From Vulcanimicrobiota bacterium (lineage in GTDB: Bacteria; Vulcanimicrobiota; Vulcanimicrobiia; Vulcanimicrobiales; Vulcanimicrobiaceae): 64,000 nt of DNA. The stretch lies in NCBI GenBank assembly GCA_963777315.1, contig CAVZQC010000003.1:11009-75008 (forward strand), given 5' to 3'. Shown piece after piece: positions 27,155 to 37,018 of the stretch (the stretch's first letter is position 1; each line of letters starts with the position of its first letter). The notes below the pieces were generated by a model. The model was given only the letters and a program-made list of their open reading frames with translations, made no database searches and was not told the origin of the DNA. Made by a program: the position numbers and the translations under genes.

Positions 27155-28659
27155 TGGCGTCTGTGGTCGCAATCGATGCAAGCCCGGCTCGTCGCATCAT
27201 GTGGATGTACATCAATGCCGGTCTGGCGATTTTTGCCGGCATGGCGGTGGTCGGCTTTCTGATGCGAGCAGAGCAGGCGCGTCTCATCGCGCTCAGTCCC
27301 GCCATGTTTTACGAGCTGATGACCGTGCACGGCACATTAATGGTGCTGGCCGTCGTGATGGCTTCGATGGGAATGTTGTGGTATCTGCTTCGAGCCGAAG
27401 GATATATGGACGAAAACGTTGCGACGTGCGCGTACGGCGTTATGAGCGCAGGCGTCGCGACCATATTCGCGAGCGTGTTCGCAGGAGGCTTCGGCGGCAG
27501 TTGGACGTATCTCTATCCGCTGCCGTTCGTCAATCCATCGTGGGCGCAGTGGTCGATAGGCCTGTTCCTGATCGGTCTCGCGCTCGTCACTCTCGGCTGG
27601 AGCGTGTGGTGTATCCAACTGCTCGGTCTGGTTCTTGCGAAATACGGCGGATTCCGCGGAGCCTTCGGTTGGGATGTCGTTTTCCATCCGAAGTCCGCCT
27701 CCCTAAAAGAAACGCCGTCGCTGCCGGCGCTCGCAGCATTGGTGGTTTCACTTTCGGGGCTCATCACGGCCGCGGACGGCACGACCATCGGCGTTGCGCT
27801 CATGGTTCACTGGATCGATCGCAGCGTAGCGCTCGACCCGCTTTGGGCGAAGAACCTGACGTATTTCTTTGGACACGAGCTGGCGAACCTCGCGATGTAT
27901 ATGGCGGTAGCCGCCGTGATTATCGGCTTGCCGCGTTACACGGGCAGAGAGCTGCGCGTCTCGCCGATGTGGATCATCGCCTGGTGGGCGACGCTCGTCT
28001 ATGTCGCACTCGCCACGTTCCACCATCTGTACTATGACTTCGTCCAATTTCGTCCGCTCCAATACATCGGCGAGTTCGCATCGTATTCGGAGGCCCTGCC
28101 GGTCGCGGTTGTGACAATTTTCAGCGGGCTGATGCTCGTCTATCGCTCCGCAATGCGATGGACGATGGGCTCGTTGTTTATTTATGCCGGCTTGATCGGG
28201 TGGGTTGTCGGCGGCATCGGCGCACTCACTGACGCGACGATCCCGTTCAACATGGTGCTTCATAACACGTTGTGGGTGCCGGCGCACTTTCACAGCTATT
28301 TGCTGGAAGGCGTGCTGCTCTTCATCATTGGCTGGGTGTTCATGATGCTGGAAGAGCGCAGCCGCAAGGCGACCTCGCTGCTGATTCGCTGGGTCATCGG
28401 TCTCGGAGTCTTCGGCGGCGGAGCGCTGTTCTTAGCCGGCTTTTACGTAGCGGGTGCGAACGGCGTGCCGCGCCGCGAAGCCGAGCAACCTGCGCCGGGA
28501 CCGCACATCGCTCTGTGGGCAACGTTTGGCGCGATCGTGTTGCTCCTTGGGCTCATCGTAGCGCTCCTCGAGGCCATCCGATTGGCAGCACCACCGCGCG
28601 TGGAGGCAATCGAAGTCGCCGCAGCACCGCCCCTCGACAGTCGACCGGCAAGAGGCTGA
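27151..28659 (+). CDS. Heme-copper oxidase subunit I, divergent (B-family-like)
   Basis: ATGA overlap with subunit II. TVHGTLMV, YFFGHELANLAMY, ATFHHLYYDF and VLHNTLWVPAHFHSYL supply the usual six His ligands. The Tyr expected four residues after the first CuB His is Asn. Confidence 0.85.
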   Translation: MMASVVAIDASPARRIMWMYINAGLAIFAGMAVVGFLMRAEQARLIALSPAMFYELMTVHGTLMVLAVVMASMGMLWYLLRAEGYMDENVATCAYGVMSAGVATIFASVFAGGFGGSWTYLYPLPFVNPSWAQWSIGLFLIGLALVTLGWSVWCIQLLGLVLAKYGGFRGAFGWDVVFHPKSASLKETPSLPALAALVVSLSGLITAADGTTIGVALMVHWIDRSVALDPLWAKNLTYFFGHELANLAMYMAVAAVIIGLPRYTGRELRVSPMWIIAWWATLVYVALATFHHLYYDFVQFRPLQYIGEFASYSEALPVAVVTIFSGLMLVYRSAMRWTMGSLFIYAGLIGWVVGGIGALTDATIPFNMVLHNTLWVPAHFHSYLLEGVLLFIIGWVFMMLEERSRKATSLLIRWVIGLGVFGGGALFLAGFYVAGANGVPRREAEQPAPGPHIALWATFGAIVLLLGLIVALLEAIRLAAPPRVEAIEVAAAPPLDSRPARG

Positions 28660-28667
28660 AATACAAC

Positions 28668-29123
28668 ATGAAAAGCCCGATGTGGCGCATTGCTGCATGG
28701 ACGCTCGGCGCCGTGAGCGTCGCCGTAGCGGTAACACCCTCAGTGATGGCGCCCATCACGGTGCCGGTTTCTCTGCACCACGTTTGGCATGCTGCTGTGA
28801 TCGCACTCGGTATCGCCACCGGCCTGCTCGCGAGCGCAGAATCAAAACCGAGCCTTGAACATCCGAGCGCGATGTGGATTGTACCGGTCGTTATCGCGCC
28901 GATGGCCGCAATGTATCTGATGTGGCCGGCCCTCTTTGGATATCTCGACGTGCATCCGTCACTCCATGGTTTGGATCATCTGATTTTTGTCGGGCTCGGA
29001 TTCATCACAGCGTACGCCGGCGAACGGTACGTTCGCGGAGTGGGATGGACTACCGGGATTTTGTTCGAATGCATGGCGCTGGCCGCAGCCGGCTTTTTCG
29101 GGATCTCGCCAGGCGCCGGTTGA
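28668..29123 (+). CDS. His-rich four-helix membrane protein, possible oxidase accessory factor
   Basis: Internal ATG of ORF 28272..29123, 9 nt after the subunit I stop. MKSPMWRIAAWTLGAVSVAVA...LHHVWHAAV...HPSLHGLDHLIFVG. No family recognised. Confidence 0.5.
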   Translation: MKSPMWRIAAWTLGAVSVAVAVTPSVMAPITVPVSLHHVWHAAVIALGIATGLLASAESKPSLEHPSAMWIVPVVIAPMAAMYLMWPALFGYLDVHPSLHGLDHLIFVGLGFITAYAGERYVRGVGWTTGILFECMALAAAGFFGISPGAG

Positions 29124-29175
29124 GATTGTCGAGATTGCGACGAGCCGCTGTATCAACGGCTACATTGGAGACACT

Positions 29176-29345
29176 GTGAAATTAGTAACTGCAATAAATG
29201 CGCAAGCCTCGAGCATGCGACGCTGATTACGGAATCCAATGAATTCGCGAACTATGATGTCGGCAACGATACCTGCACGCTCGTCCATCGACATGCAGCC
29301 CTTGAATGGCAGGCAATTACTGGCGCGCCTGCCGATCGACCCTAA
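29176..29345 (+). pseudogene. Frameshifted paralog of the small gene at 51508..51759
   Basis: The GGAGA-N4-GTG start context and VKLVTAINAQA are conserved. A 1-nt deletion relative to the paralog (gcctcgag versus gctctcaag) shifts the frame; afterwards HATLITESNEFANYDVGNDTCTLVHRHAALEWQAIT reads in the other frame. Confidence 0.45.
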
Positions 29346-30095
29346 CGCAGCGATCGTCGCTGCATCGGCCTGGGCGAAAATCGGGGACCGCGTTCATCGG
29401 TCCGGCGGATCGCCGGAAACAGCGGAAAGAATCGCTGAAAGTATCGCTAGCGCATAGTGCGGACGATTGTAGCCAGAAGCCAAACAATTGTCAAACCTCC
29501 TGCCGATGCGCCACATAGCATGAACAACCAGTGTGAAACGAACGTCGACATCCCGTTCCGCTCCACCACCATCGTTTCCGCAGCAGCGGAGCCGCCGTGC
29601 GTGGTCACGCATGCGCTGGGCGGGACGCGGCATGATGCCTAGTTAGCTCAGCGCCGCACAGCCCGCCTTGGAAATTATCGCAGCTACTGGCCAGCACATT
29701 AAAGGACAATTGCTTTCTGCAAAGGACTTCATAGCGCCCACTCCTGCGCCCCCAAATGTTCTAGGTTACTATCTGTATGATAGCCGAGCAATTCCGTGGA
29801 ACGGAAGGCTTCCATCGCATCCCATACGGATCCGGATTCGAGCGTCGATGCCGACCGCCGTCGGAGGCGTGGAACTGAAAAAATGCCGTGTTTCAATCGG
29901 TAATTGCATCGCCTTCGACCGGAACAAAGGCGCGTCTATTCGTCCCAAGTCGCGGCGGGCAATGTTCTGATGGGACGCCTTCGTTGAAAAAAGGCTGCTT
30001 GCATTTGCCGTAAACACGACCGGCGATGCCTGGATCGTCCACTAAGGCTGTTATGCTTGAAATGTTTGTCGAAGTCGAGTAACGTTGTGATCCTA

Positions 30096-31720
30096 ATGAC
30101 CAGTCGTACTTTACTTCGAAGCGGCGCCCTTTTTGCGATGGGCGTCGCGGTCGCAGTTGCCGCCGTCATCAACGTTGCCCGCTCGAGCGCGGCGACCCCC
30201 ACCGTTCCATCCGATATTCGCGCGATCTTCGATAAGCCGGCTTATAAGAATGCAACGTGGGGATTGCGCGTTCAGGATGGGCCGAACGTCCTTTTGAATC
30301 TAAATGCCGCGCGGCCGTTTCTCATCGGATCGGTGCGAAAGATCTTCACAGTCGGCGAGCTGCTGAATGCAGTCGGCGGTGCCCACACGTATGACACGCC
30401 GGTGTACCGCTCCGGCACGATCCAGGGGGCGTCCTGCGCGGGAATCTGATTTTGGTCGCGTCGGGCGATCTCACGATGGGCGGCCGCGCCAATCCAGAAG
30501 GAACGATCGCCGTCAGCAACTGGGACCACAACGAAGCCGATAGTTTGGGCAACGCCATATTGACCAAGCCGGATCCCCTCGCAGGGTATCGCCGGTTAGC
30601 GAGGGCGATCAAATCTGCCGGTATCAATCGGGTTGCGGGTGAAGTGGTCATCGACGACCGGCTGTTCAAGCCGTTCGATTTTCGTGGCCAATTCAACGTC
30701 AAGCCGATCTTTGTCAACGACGATTTGGTGGACATTTCGGCCGTGCCTGGCGGTAAGATTGGAAACGTAAGTAATGTGACTTGGCGGCCGAAATCCAACG
30801 CGCTTAGCATCAACAATCGTTTACGCACTGGAGCTCCGAATTCTGCGCCTAGCGTCGCTATCGATCCGTTTTTGCCCGCGTGTATCGGACGGCTCAATTG
30901 TAGCTCCGCCATCAAAGGAAATTTGCCGCGCGGTTACGTTCCGCCGCTTACAGGGCGGCACGTCCTCGTTCAAGCTGTGCGGATCGTACAGCCGTCCAAT
31001 TATGCGAGAACCGTCTTGATCGAGGCGCTCAATGCAGCAGGGGTTCGTGTCGACGCGCCGGTTGTAGAGCCGAACCCGACGCGCTTGTTACCCGCGAAAG
31101 GCTCGTATCGCTCGAACGCCAAAGTCGCCGAATTAACTGGCATGCCTTATGGTGAGGACGCCAAGCTGATTCTAAAGATCAGCTACAATATCGGTGCGGA
31201 CACGAGTTTAGTGCTCTTCGGACTGACGCGCAACGTGGATTCGATGCCTGCGGCGCTGCAGGTGGAGCGACAGAACCTCAAGTCGCATTACGGCATCAAC
31301 CCTGATCAGTACCACTTTGTTGATGGAAGCGGGGGTGGAGATTCCACCGCAACGAATGCAGCGGTGACGGGCATGCTCGACCAGCTCGCGAAAACGCGGG
31401 AGCATAAAGCGCTTTTTGACGCGCTGCCTATCCTGGGAGTCGACGGTTCGCTGGCCTTCGTCAAAGATTTCGAGCGCGATTCCACGCTTGCAGGAGCGGC
31501 CGGCAAAGTACACGCGAAGACCGGGACGTACGTAGGCGGATCGCCTTCGGCGATGATGCTGAAAGGACAAACTTTGGGCGGCTACATTACAACCAAAACC
31601 GGCCGCCATCTAACGTTTGAACTCGTGGTCAATAACGTGCCCATTACCGGCATCCACGATCTAACAAAAGTGTTCCAAGACGAAGGCACGATTTCGGCAA
31701 TGCTCTGGCGCGACTACTAA
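30096..31720 (+). pseudogene. dacB: D-alanyl-D-alanine carboxypeptidase/endopeptidase (PBP4, peptidase S13), frameshifted in a G5 run
   Basis: ORF 30057..30449 gives a signal peptide and ...LIGSVRKIFTVGELL...VYRSGTIQG. ORF 30452..31720 continues in another frame: GVLRGNLILVASGDLTMGGR...GSGGGDSTAT...KTGT. The switch is at GGGGG 30425-30429. Confidence 0.8.
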
Positions 31721-31751
31721 GTTTAATTGGTATTCCTAGAATCAACTCACG

Positions 31752-32117
31752 ATGTTACGCGAGCAGTTACGCGACCACTCGACGTTCTTCGGTTTCGCAT
31801 CTGCGCTGGTTTGCGCGATTGTCGCCGGCAGTGTATCCCATTGGTCTCCTATCTGGATGGCCGCGACTACTATTGCGGGCATTTTCCTTTTTCCGCGCTG
31901 CTTCTATGGGTTCCAAGAAGCGCGAGCACTTCGTGATGCGGACTTCGAACTAGGTTCTGGAAAGTCCGTCAGCTGGTACGTCGAGCCGCCTCCGAATCAG
32001 CTTAAAGCGAAAGCCCATGCTGAGATGCGTCGCCAGGAAGCGGGTGACGCACCAGACGACACCGAGTGGCGGCGTCTTGCCGGCGAAAACGACACCCGTC
32101 GGGGCGATACACGTTAA
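31752..32117 (+). CDS. Hypothetical two-TM membrane protein
   Basis: 121-aa ORF with two hydrophobic segments and a charged C-terminal tail. No family recognised. Confidence 0.4.
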   Translation: MLREQLRDHSTFFGFASALVCAIVAGSVSHWSPIWMAATTIAGIFLFPRCFYGFQEARALRDADFELGSGKSVSWYVEPPPNQLKAKAHAEMRRQEAGDAPDDTEWRRLAGENDTRRGDTR

Positions 32118-32176
32118 GTTCGTTGCATAGCAATCTACGTGTTCCAGAGGGCGTTTCCGCCGAAACGATTGCCGAA

Positions 32177-32221
32177 TATGGTCTAAGATCGGGTCATAGC
32201 GACCATGCGCTTTTGAAAAGC
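32177..32221 (+). promoter_or_regulatory. Conserved intergenic element, copy 7 (TATGGTCTAA-N16 hairpin-CCATGCGCTTTTGAAAAGC)
   Basis: A variant copy lying between two plus-strand genes. ACAG...CTGT of the other copies is replaced by ATGG...CCAT. Confidence 0.45.
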
Positions 32222-32407
32222 ATTACGCTTGACACGATAGCGCTGCTTTGGGACGCGAATGCAAAACCTCATAGCAATGATTGAGTGAAACCCGCGTGCT
32301 GCGGCGTAATGAAACCCGGTATCTGCAAGCAGCAGCATGACCTAAAGGAACGGCGGACGATTCGGCAAAGGCTGACCAGCCCCCAGTGGCAGAACGGAGC
32401 AGAATTT

Positions 32408-32581
32408 ATGTCAACCGACGCGAAGCAGGCACTAGACGAACACGCGCGTTCTATCGATTCGCTGCATCAACAGTTGGCCGCCATGCCGGGCGCGGACAAA
32501 GAACGTTTGAAAGAAGTCGTCGGCAAATACAAGGCGGCCCACAAGCAGTTTGAAGACGACGCGCTCGGGTGTATGAACTAA
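32408..32581 (+). CDS. Small (57 aa) helical hypothetical protein
   Basis: Internal ATG of ORF 32285..32581, preceded by a GGAG Shine-Dalgarno. MSTDAKQALDEHARSIDSLHQQLAAMPGADKERLKEVVGKYKAAHKQFEDD. Confidence 0.4.
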   Translation: MSTDAKQALDEHARSIDSLHQQLAAMPGADKERLKEVVGKYKAAHKQFEDDALGCMN

Positions 32582-34095
32582 CCGCGCAGCAGTTCCTCGA
32601 GCGCGATCCCATCGGGACAGCCTAGTCCCGTGCACGGGTTCCATCCCGCTTGCGCGTTGTAGACTCCATTACTCCCGCCAACCACCTCCCGCATGGGTTG
32701 TGGATTCGAACCATAGAGCAGCGGCGCGAAAAAGCCGATAGGTTTCGAAAGCCGTTCGTTCAGCCGTGCAGCAAGCGCCGCCCACATCGGTGCGACTGCG
32801 CTCGTTCCCCCTGCGGCTAATTCCGTGCCGTTGAGATATACCAAATATCCCGGCGATTCTTGTGCTGCAACGTCGGGCACACCCCGTCCCGGCGTCACCC
32901 GCAGCGCAGCCGCAACTTCTCGTGCACGATCTTGCCACGCGGGCAGTGGAAAATGCTCGCTGAATCCGCCGCCCGTGTGCTCCCATGCAACCTCAGCGCC
33001 CCCGGATTGAATTTGCGTCGCTCCGGCGGCGTGCGCGAAGGGTGCCGATGCAGGCGCAACGACGTGCGGCTTTCCATCGAGCTGCAGTTCGGCGCCATGA
33101 TCTCCTGAAGAGCAAATAACGGTTATGCCGAGTAATGCCGCCGCCGCGAACAAGTCGTTTAAAATATCGAGTGCGCAAGGGGTCCACAGCGGCTCTGGCC
33201 ATCCGTAACTGACGGATATAATCGAGGGGCGCATCTCCTCGTCGAAAACCGCGGCGCGCAGCGCGTCTAGGAGGCCGCGCTCGTCGTCGGGCGCCTGATA
33301 CAGCACGATGCGCGCATCGGGTGCGAGCGCTGCGGCAATTTGCACGTCCAGCGCCGCCTCCAAGTCTTTGACCGTTTCTATCTCGTGGACCAGGCTCGCG
33401 TTGTCGAGGCGTTTCACCTGCGGCTGCTGCGTCGTAAGTGACTGTGCCTGCATGCATTGGGCGAAATCATCCTCGCGAAACTCGCCGCGCAATTGCAGGA
33501 TAGCGATGGTTTGGCCACGCCCGGTGGCCTGGGGAAAGCGGTAGCGTTCCGCTATTTCGGCCGCGCGAAGCGGCGATTCGCGGCGTTGCAAAGCGCCCAA
33601 CCTCTGCGAACGCGGCCACTGGTGAAACCCGAACACGCCCCGCAGTAACGCCGCGATTTCCGCCGGCGCATGCAACGCGCCGTCGCGATGGCGGAAACGG
33701 TATCCGCTGGAATCCTCGAACGTCGCGACGGAAGCTCCGAACGCTTCGATGGAACGATCCAACGGTGCGCGCAAGACCAAGCAACGCCAGTGCTGTTCGA
33801 GGACTTCAATGCGGTGACGAGTGCAGTATGCCCGAAATTCATCGATGGCGCTATCGTCGGCCGCGCTTGCCTTAACCAGGGCCGCGCGTTCTGCATACGT
33901 TCGCGCGCCGATGGAAGTGTGGCCGATCTCGTACGCTCGGCTCACATCCACCGCGTTCTGCGCGTGGGGCTGCAGCCAGGCCGTCAGTAAGACCTCGTTC
34001 TCCGCTCGAACGTCTCCTACGCGCGTACTCGCCGGCCACTGTGTGCGTTTCGTTCCTGGAATGGCAACGCTCGTCATGCGTGGCAGATTGGACAA
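32578..34095 (-). CDS. S53 (sedolisin/kumamolisin-type) serine peptidase with a pro-domain
   Basis: N-terminal pro-kumamolisin-like activation region, then SGDHGA and GGTSAVAPMWAAL catalytic motifs. Confidence 0.85.
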   Translation of the reverse strand: MSNLPRMTSVAIPGTKRTQWPASTRVGDVRAENEVLLTAWLQPHAQNAVDVSRAYEIGHTSIGARTYAERAALVKASAADDSAIDEFRAYCTRHRIEVLEQHWRCLVLRAPLDRSIEAFGASVATFEDSSGYRFRHRDGALHAPAEIAALLRGVFGFHQWPRSQRLGALQRRESPLRAAEIAERYRFPQATGRGQTIAILQLRGEFREDDFAQCMQAQSLTTQQPQVKRLDNASLVHEIETVKDLEAALDVQIAAALAPDARIVLYQAPDDERGLLDALRAAVFDEEMRPSIISVSYGWPEPLWTPCALDILNDLFAAAALLGITVICSSGDHGAELQLDGKPHVVAPASAPFAHAAGATQIQSGGAEVAWEHTGGGFSEHFPLPAWQDRAREVAAALRVTPGRGVPDVAAQESPGYLVYLNGTELAAGGTSAVAPMWAALAARLNERLSKPIGFFAPLLYGSNPQPMREVVGGSNGVYNAQAGWNPCTGLGCPDGIALEELLRG

Positions 34096-34163
34096 GGGTG
34101 AAACGGAACCCGCCGGCCGGCGCGTTCGGCGGAGGGAAGCAACCCCAGCACGAAGCAGGTCGT

Positions 34164-36962
34164 ATGGGGATGCAGGCTGAGGCCGAAAACACGGTCTCCG
34201 TTCTCCCTACCGGTACGGTGACGTTTTTGTTTTCGGATATCGAAGGCAGCACCGTGCGGTGGGAAAGCGCGCCCGATGCAATGGCGCTTGCGTTAGCGCG
34301 CCATGACGCGATGATGCGCGAGCTCATCGAAGCGCACGGCGGATACGTGTTTAAAACGATCGGAGATGCTTTCTGCGCGGCCTTCGCAAGTACGCCTGAA
34401 GCGACCGCCGCCGCCCTTGACGCCCAGCGCGCCCTTATCGCCGAAGATTTTTCGCACGTCGACGGACTGCGCGTGCGCATGGCACTGCATTCGGGAACTT
34501 GCGGCGAGCGCGGCGGCGACTACTTCGGTCCCACCGTCAATCGGGTTGCGAGGTTGCTCGCAATCGGTCATGGCGGTCAGGTGCTGCTCTCGCGTGCCTG
34601 CGCGGAGCTCCTACGCGGTGACACGCCGCAATACGCTCTGCGCGATCTCGGCAGCCACCGGCTCAAGGACCTCTCCCAACCGGAATACGTCTATCAGCTG
34701 ATGGCGCCGGAATTGCCCGACGCGTTTCCGGAGTTGCTCTCGCTCGATCATCTGTCAAACAATTTGCCGGCTCAATTAACGTCGTTCGTCGGACGCGAGG
34801 AGGTGATGGGTGAGATTAAGGCGCTGCTCGCGCATAACCGGCTCGTGACGCTCGTCGGAACGGGCGGTGCGGGCAAGACGCGTTGTGCGATTCAGGTCGG
34901 CGCAGAATTGCTCGACGGTTCGGGCGACGGCGTATGGTTAGCCGAACTGGCGCCGATCTCCGACGCCTCGCTCGTCACGAGTGCCATTGCGCGCGCATTG
35001 AACGTACAAGCATCGCCGAACCGCCCGATACTGGATACGCTGATCGGTTATCTCAAGCGTAAACGGCTGCTGCTGATTCTTGACAACTGCGAACACGTCA
35101 TCGACGAAGCGCGAACCGTCGCGAGCGCAATACTGCGGGCTTCTCCCGAGGTGCGTATTCTCGTAACGAGCCGTGAGGCGTTGAATATTGCGGGCGAACG
35201 GCTCTATCGCATGCCTTCGCTTGCCGTGCCGCCTACAACGCAGGCGCTATCGCCGCAGGACATCCTCGGATTCGGTGCCTCATTGCTTTTTAGCGACCGA
35301 GCCTTGTCCGTGACCGATCGATTTACGTTGACGGATGAGAACGTCTCGCATGTCGCGGAGATCTGCCGGAGACTCGATGGGATTCCACTGGCCATTGAAC
35401 TGGCGGCCGCACGGGTGAAAGTGCTCTCGCCCAAGCACATCGCGCAGATGCTCGACGAGCGCTTCCGTTTGCTGACCGGCGGCGATCGCAATGCGCTGCC
35501 GCGCCAGCAGACCATGCGCGCCCTGATCGATTGGAGCTACGATCTGCTCACGGACGACGAACGAGCGCTTTTCCGCAAACTCTCGATCTTCGCCGGCGGC
35601 TTCACGCTGGAGGCCGCCGCGATCGTATGCACCGGGAGCGAGATGGATGAAATCGCCATGCTGGATCCGCTTTCGTCGCTCGTAGACAAGTCGCTCCTGC
35701 AAGCCGAGCAAGTTGAAAGTGGGACGCGGTACCGATTCTTGGAATCCACGCGGCAATATGCCCGCGAGCGTCTCGCCGAGCATGGAGAGCATGCAGCGGT
35801 TGCACAGGCGCATGCAACCGCATTTCTGACCCTTGCTGAAAAGCTGGGGCGAAGTTGGGAGACGACGTCCGATCGGGAGTGGTTCGCCCAGTTGGAGCCG
35901 GAGCTGGAAAACTTCCGCGCAGCGTTGAGCTGGTCGCTCGGCGCGCGAGGCGATGTTTTGCTTGGGCAGCGGCTGGCGGGGGCGTTGCATCAAGCGTGGT
36001 GGTCGCTGGCGACGGCAGAGGGGCGCAGGTGGGTGCAGATGGCGCGCGATCTTACCAACGACCAGACGCCCCGGCCGGTGATGGCCGTACTCGATCTCAC
36101 GGAAGCCGAGCTCGCCGCGTCGCTCGTACAATATACGGCAAGCCGTACGGCGTGTGAACGTGCTCTGGGGCACTACAGTGCGATTGGCGATGCCATGGGA
36201 ATTGCGTACGCGCAGCGATGTCTGGCCCTCGCGCTGATCTTTCTGGGAAAGATCGAAGAGGGTGAGGCGCTGCTGGGGCCGGCCCTATCGCAAGCTCGAG
36301 CGCTGGGAGCGCGAAGACTGACGGGAGTCGTGCTGCAGACGCTAGCGGACGCGCGTCATTCGGTCGGTGACGTCAGCGAAGCTCGACGCCTGCACGCCGA
36401 AGCATTGGCCAACCTTCGAGCCGTCGGCGCGGAACGCACGGCCGCAAACGTCTGTGTAAATCTCGGCGAAGCGGAGTTTCACGGCGGAAACGCAGACGAA
36501 GCGCTTCGATGGGCAAGTGAGGCGCTCGCTACCCACCGGTCGTTCAACGCCACGCGCGGTATCGCGTTTGCGCAGATCAACATGACGGCATATTTGACGG
36601 CGCTCGAACGGTACGATGAAGCGCGCCTTTGCGCGCGCGCGGCGATCGGCGCGGCACGCGACGCGCAACTCCAAGTAGGTACGGCATGGGCGCTGCAGCA
36701 TCTTGCGGCAACGGTTGTGCTGCGCCCGGCAGATCCCAAGCAGGCGCGTGACGAACGGCGTTGCGGGACGCGTCTTTTGGGCTACGCCGATGCGCGCCTG
36801 ACTGAACTGGAATCGTTGCGTGAATTCACCGAGCAGCAGGAGTACGAAAAAATGCTTGCCGCATTAGGCGCGGCGTTAGATGCGGATGAAGTTGCAAAGC
36901 TCATGCGGGAAGGCAGCCTCTGGAGCGAAGATCAAGCCGTCGCCGAGGCGATGCTCATTTAA
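34164..36962 (+). CDS. Class III adenylate/guanylate cyclase domain fused to a STAND (NB-ARC/AAA-like) ATPase and TPR repeats
   Basis: GTVTFLFSDIEGST...FKTIGDAFCAAF...GPTVNRVARL, then Walker A GTGGAGKT and LLILDNCEH, then a long helical-repeat C-terminus. The start is set at Met 42 of the ORF to avoid overlapping the divergent S53 gene. Confidence 0.85.
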   Translation: MGMQAEAENTVSVLPTGTVTFLFSDIEGSTVRWESAPDAMALALARHDAMMRELIEAHGGYVFKTIGDAFCAAFASTPEATAAALDAQRALIAEDFSHVDGLRVRMALHSGTCGERGGDYFGPTVNRVARLLAIGHGGQVLLSRACAELLRGDTPQYALRDLGSHRLKDLSQPEYVYQLMAPELPDAFPELLSLDHLSNNLPAQLTSFVGREEVMGEIKALLAHNRLVTLVGTGGAGKTRCAIQVGAELLDGSGDGVWLAELAPISDASLVTSAIARALNVQASPNRPILDTLIGYLKRKRLLLILDNCEHVIDEARTVASAILRASPEVRILVTSREALNIAGERLYRMPSLAVPPTTQALSPQDILGFGASLLFSDRALSVTDRFTLTDENVSHVAEICRRLDGIPLAIELAAARVKVLSPKHIAQMLDERFRLLTGGDRNALPRQQTMRALIDWSYDLLTDDERALFRKLSIFAGGFTLEAAAIVCTGSEMDEIAMLDPLSSLVDKSLLQAEQVESGTRYRFLESTRQYARERLAEHGEHAAVAQAHATAFLTLAEKLGRSWETTSDREWFAQLEPELENFRAALSWSLGARGDVLLGQRLAGALHQAWWSLATAEGRRWVQMARDLTNDQTPRPVMAVLDLTEAELAASLVQYTASRTACERALGHYSAIGDAMGIAYAQRCLALALIFLGKIEEGEALLGPALSQARALGARRLTGVVLQTLADARHSVGDVSEARRLHAEALANLRAVGAERTAANVCVNLGEAEFHGGNADEALRWASEALATHRSFNATRGIAFAQINMTAYLTALERYDEARLCARAAIGAARDAQLQVGTAWALQHLAATVVLRPADPKQARDERRCGTRLLGYADARLTELESLREFTEQQEYEKMLAALGAALDADEVAKLMREGSLWSEDQAVAEAMLI

Positions 36963-37018
36963 GCGTACCAGTGCCGCGTTGCGCTCAGATGCACAGCGGC
37001 GCCACCGAGGAAAACGCT

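Noticed and set aside
29239-29457. 72-aa ORF
   Set aside because: Its 5' part is the out-of-frame reading of the frameshifted small paralog. It has no ribosome-binding site and no recognisable features.
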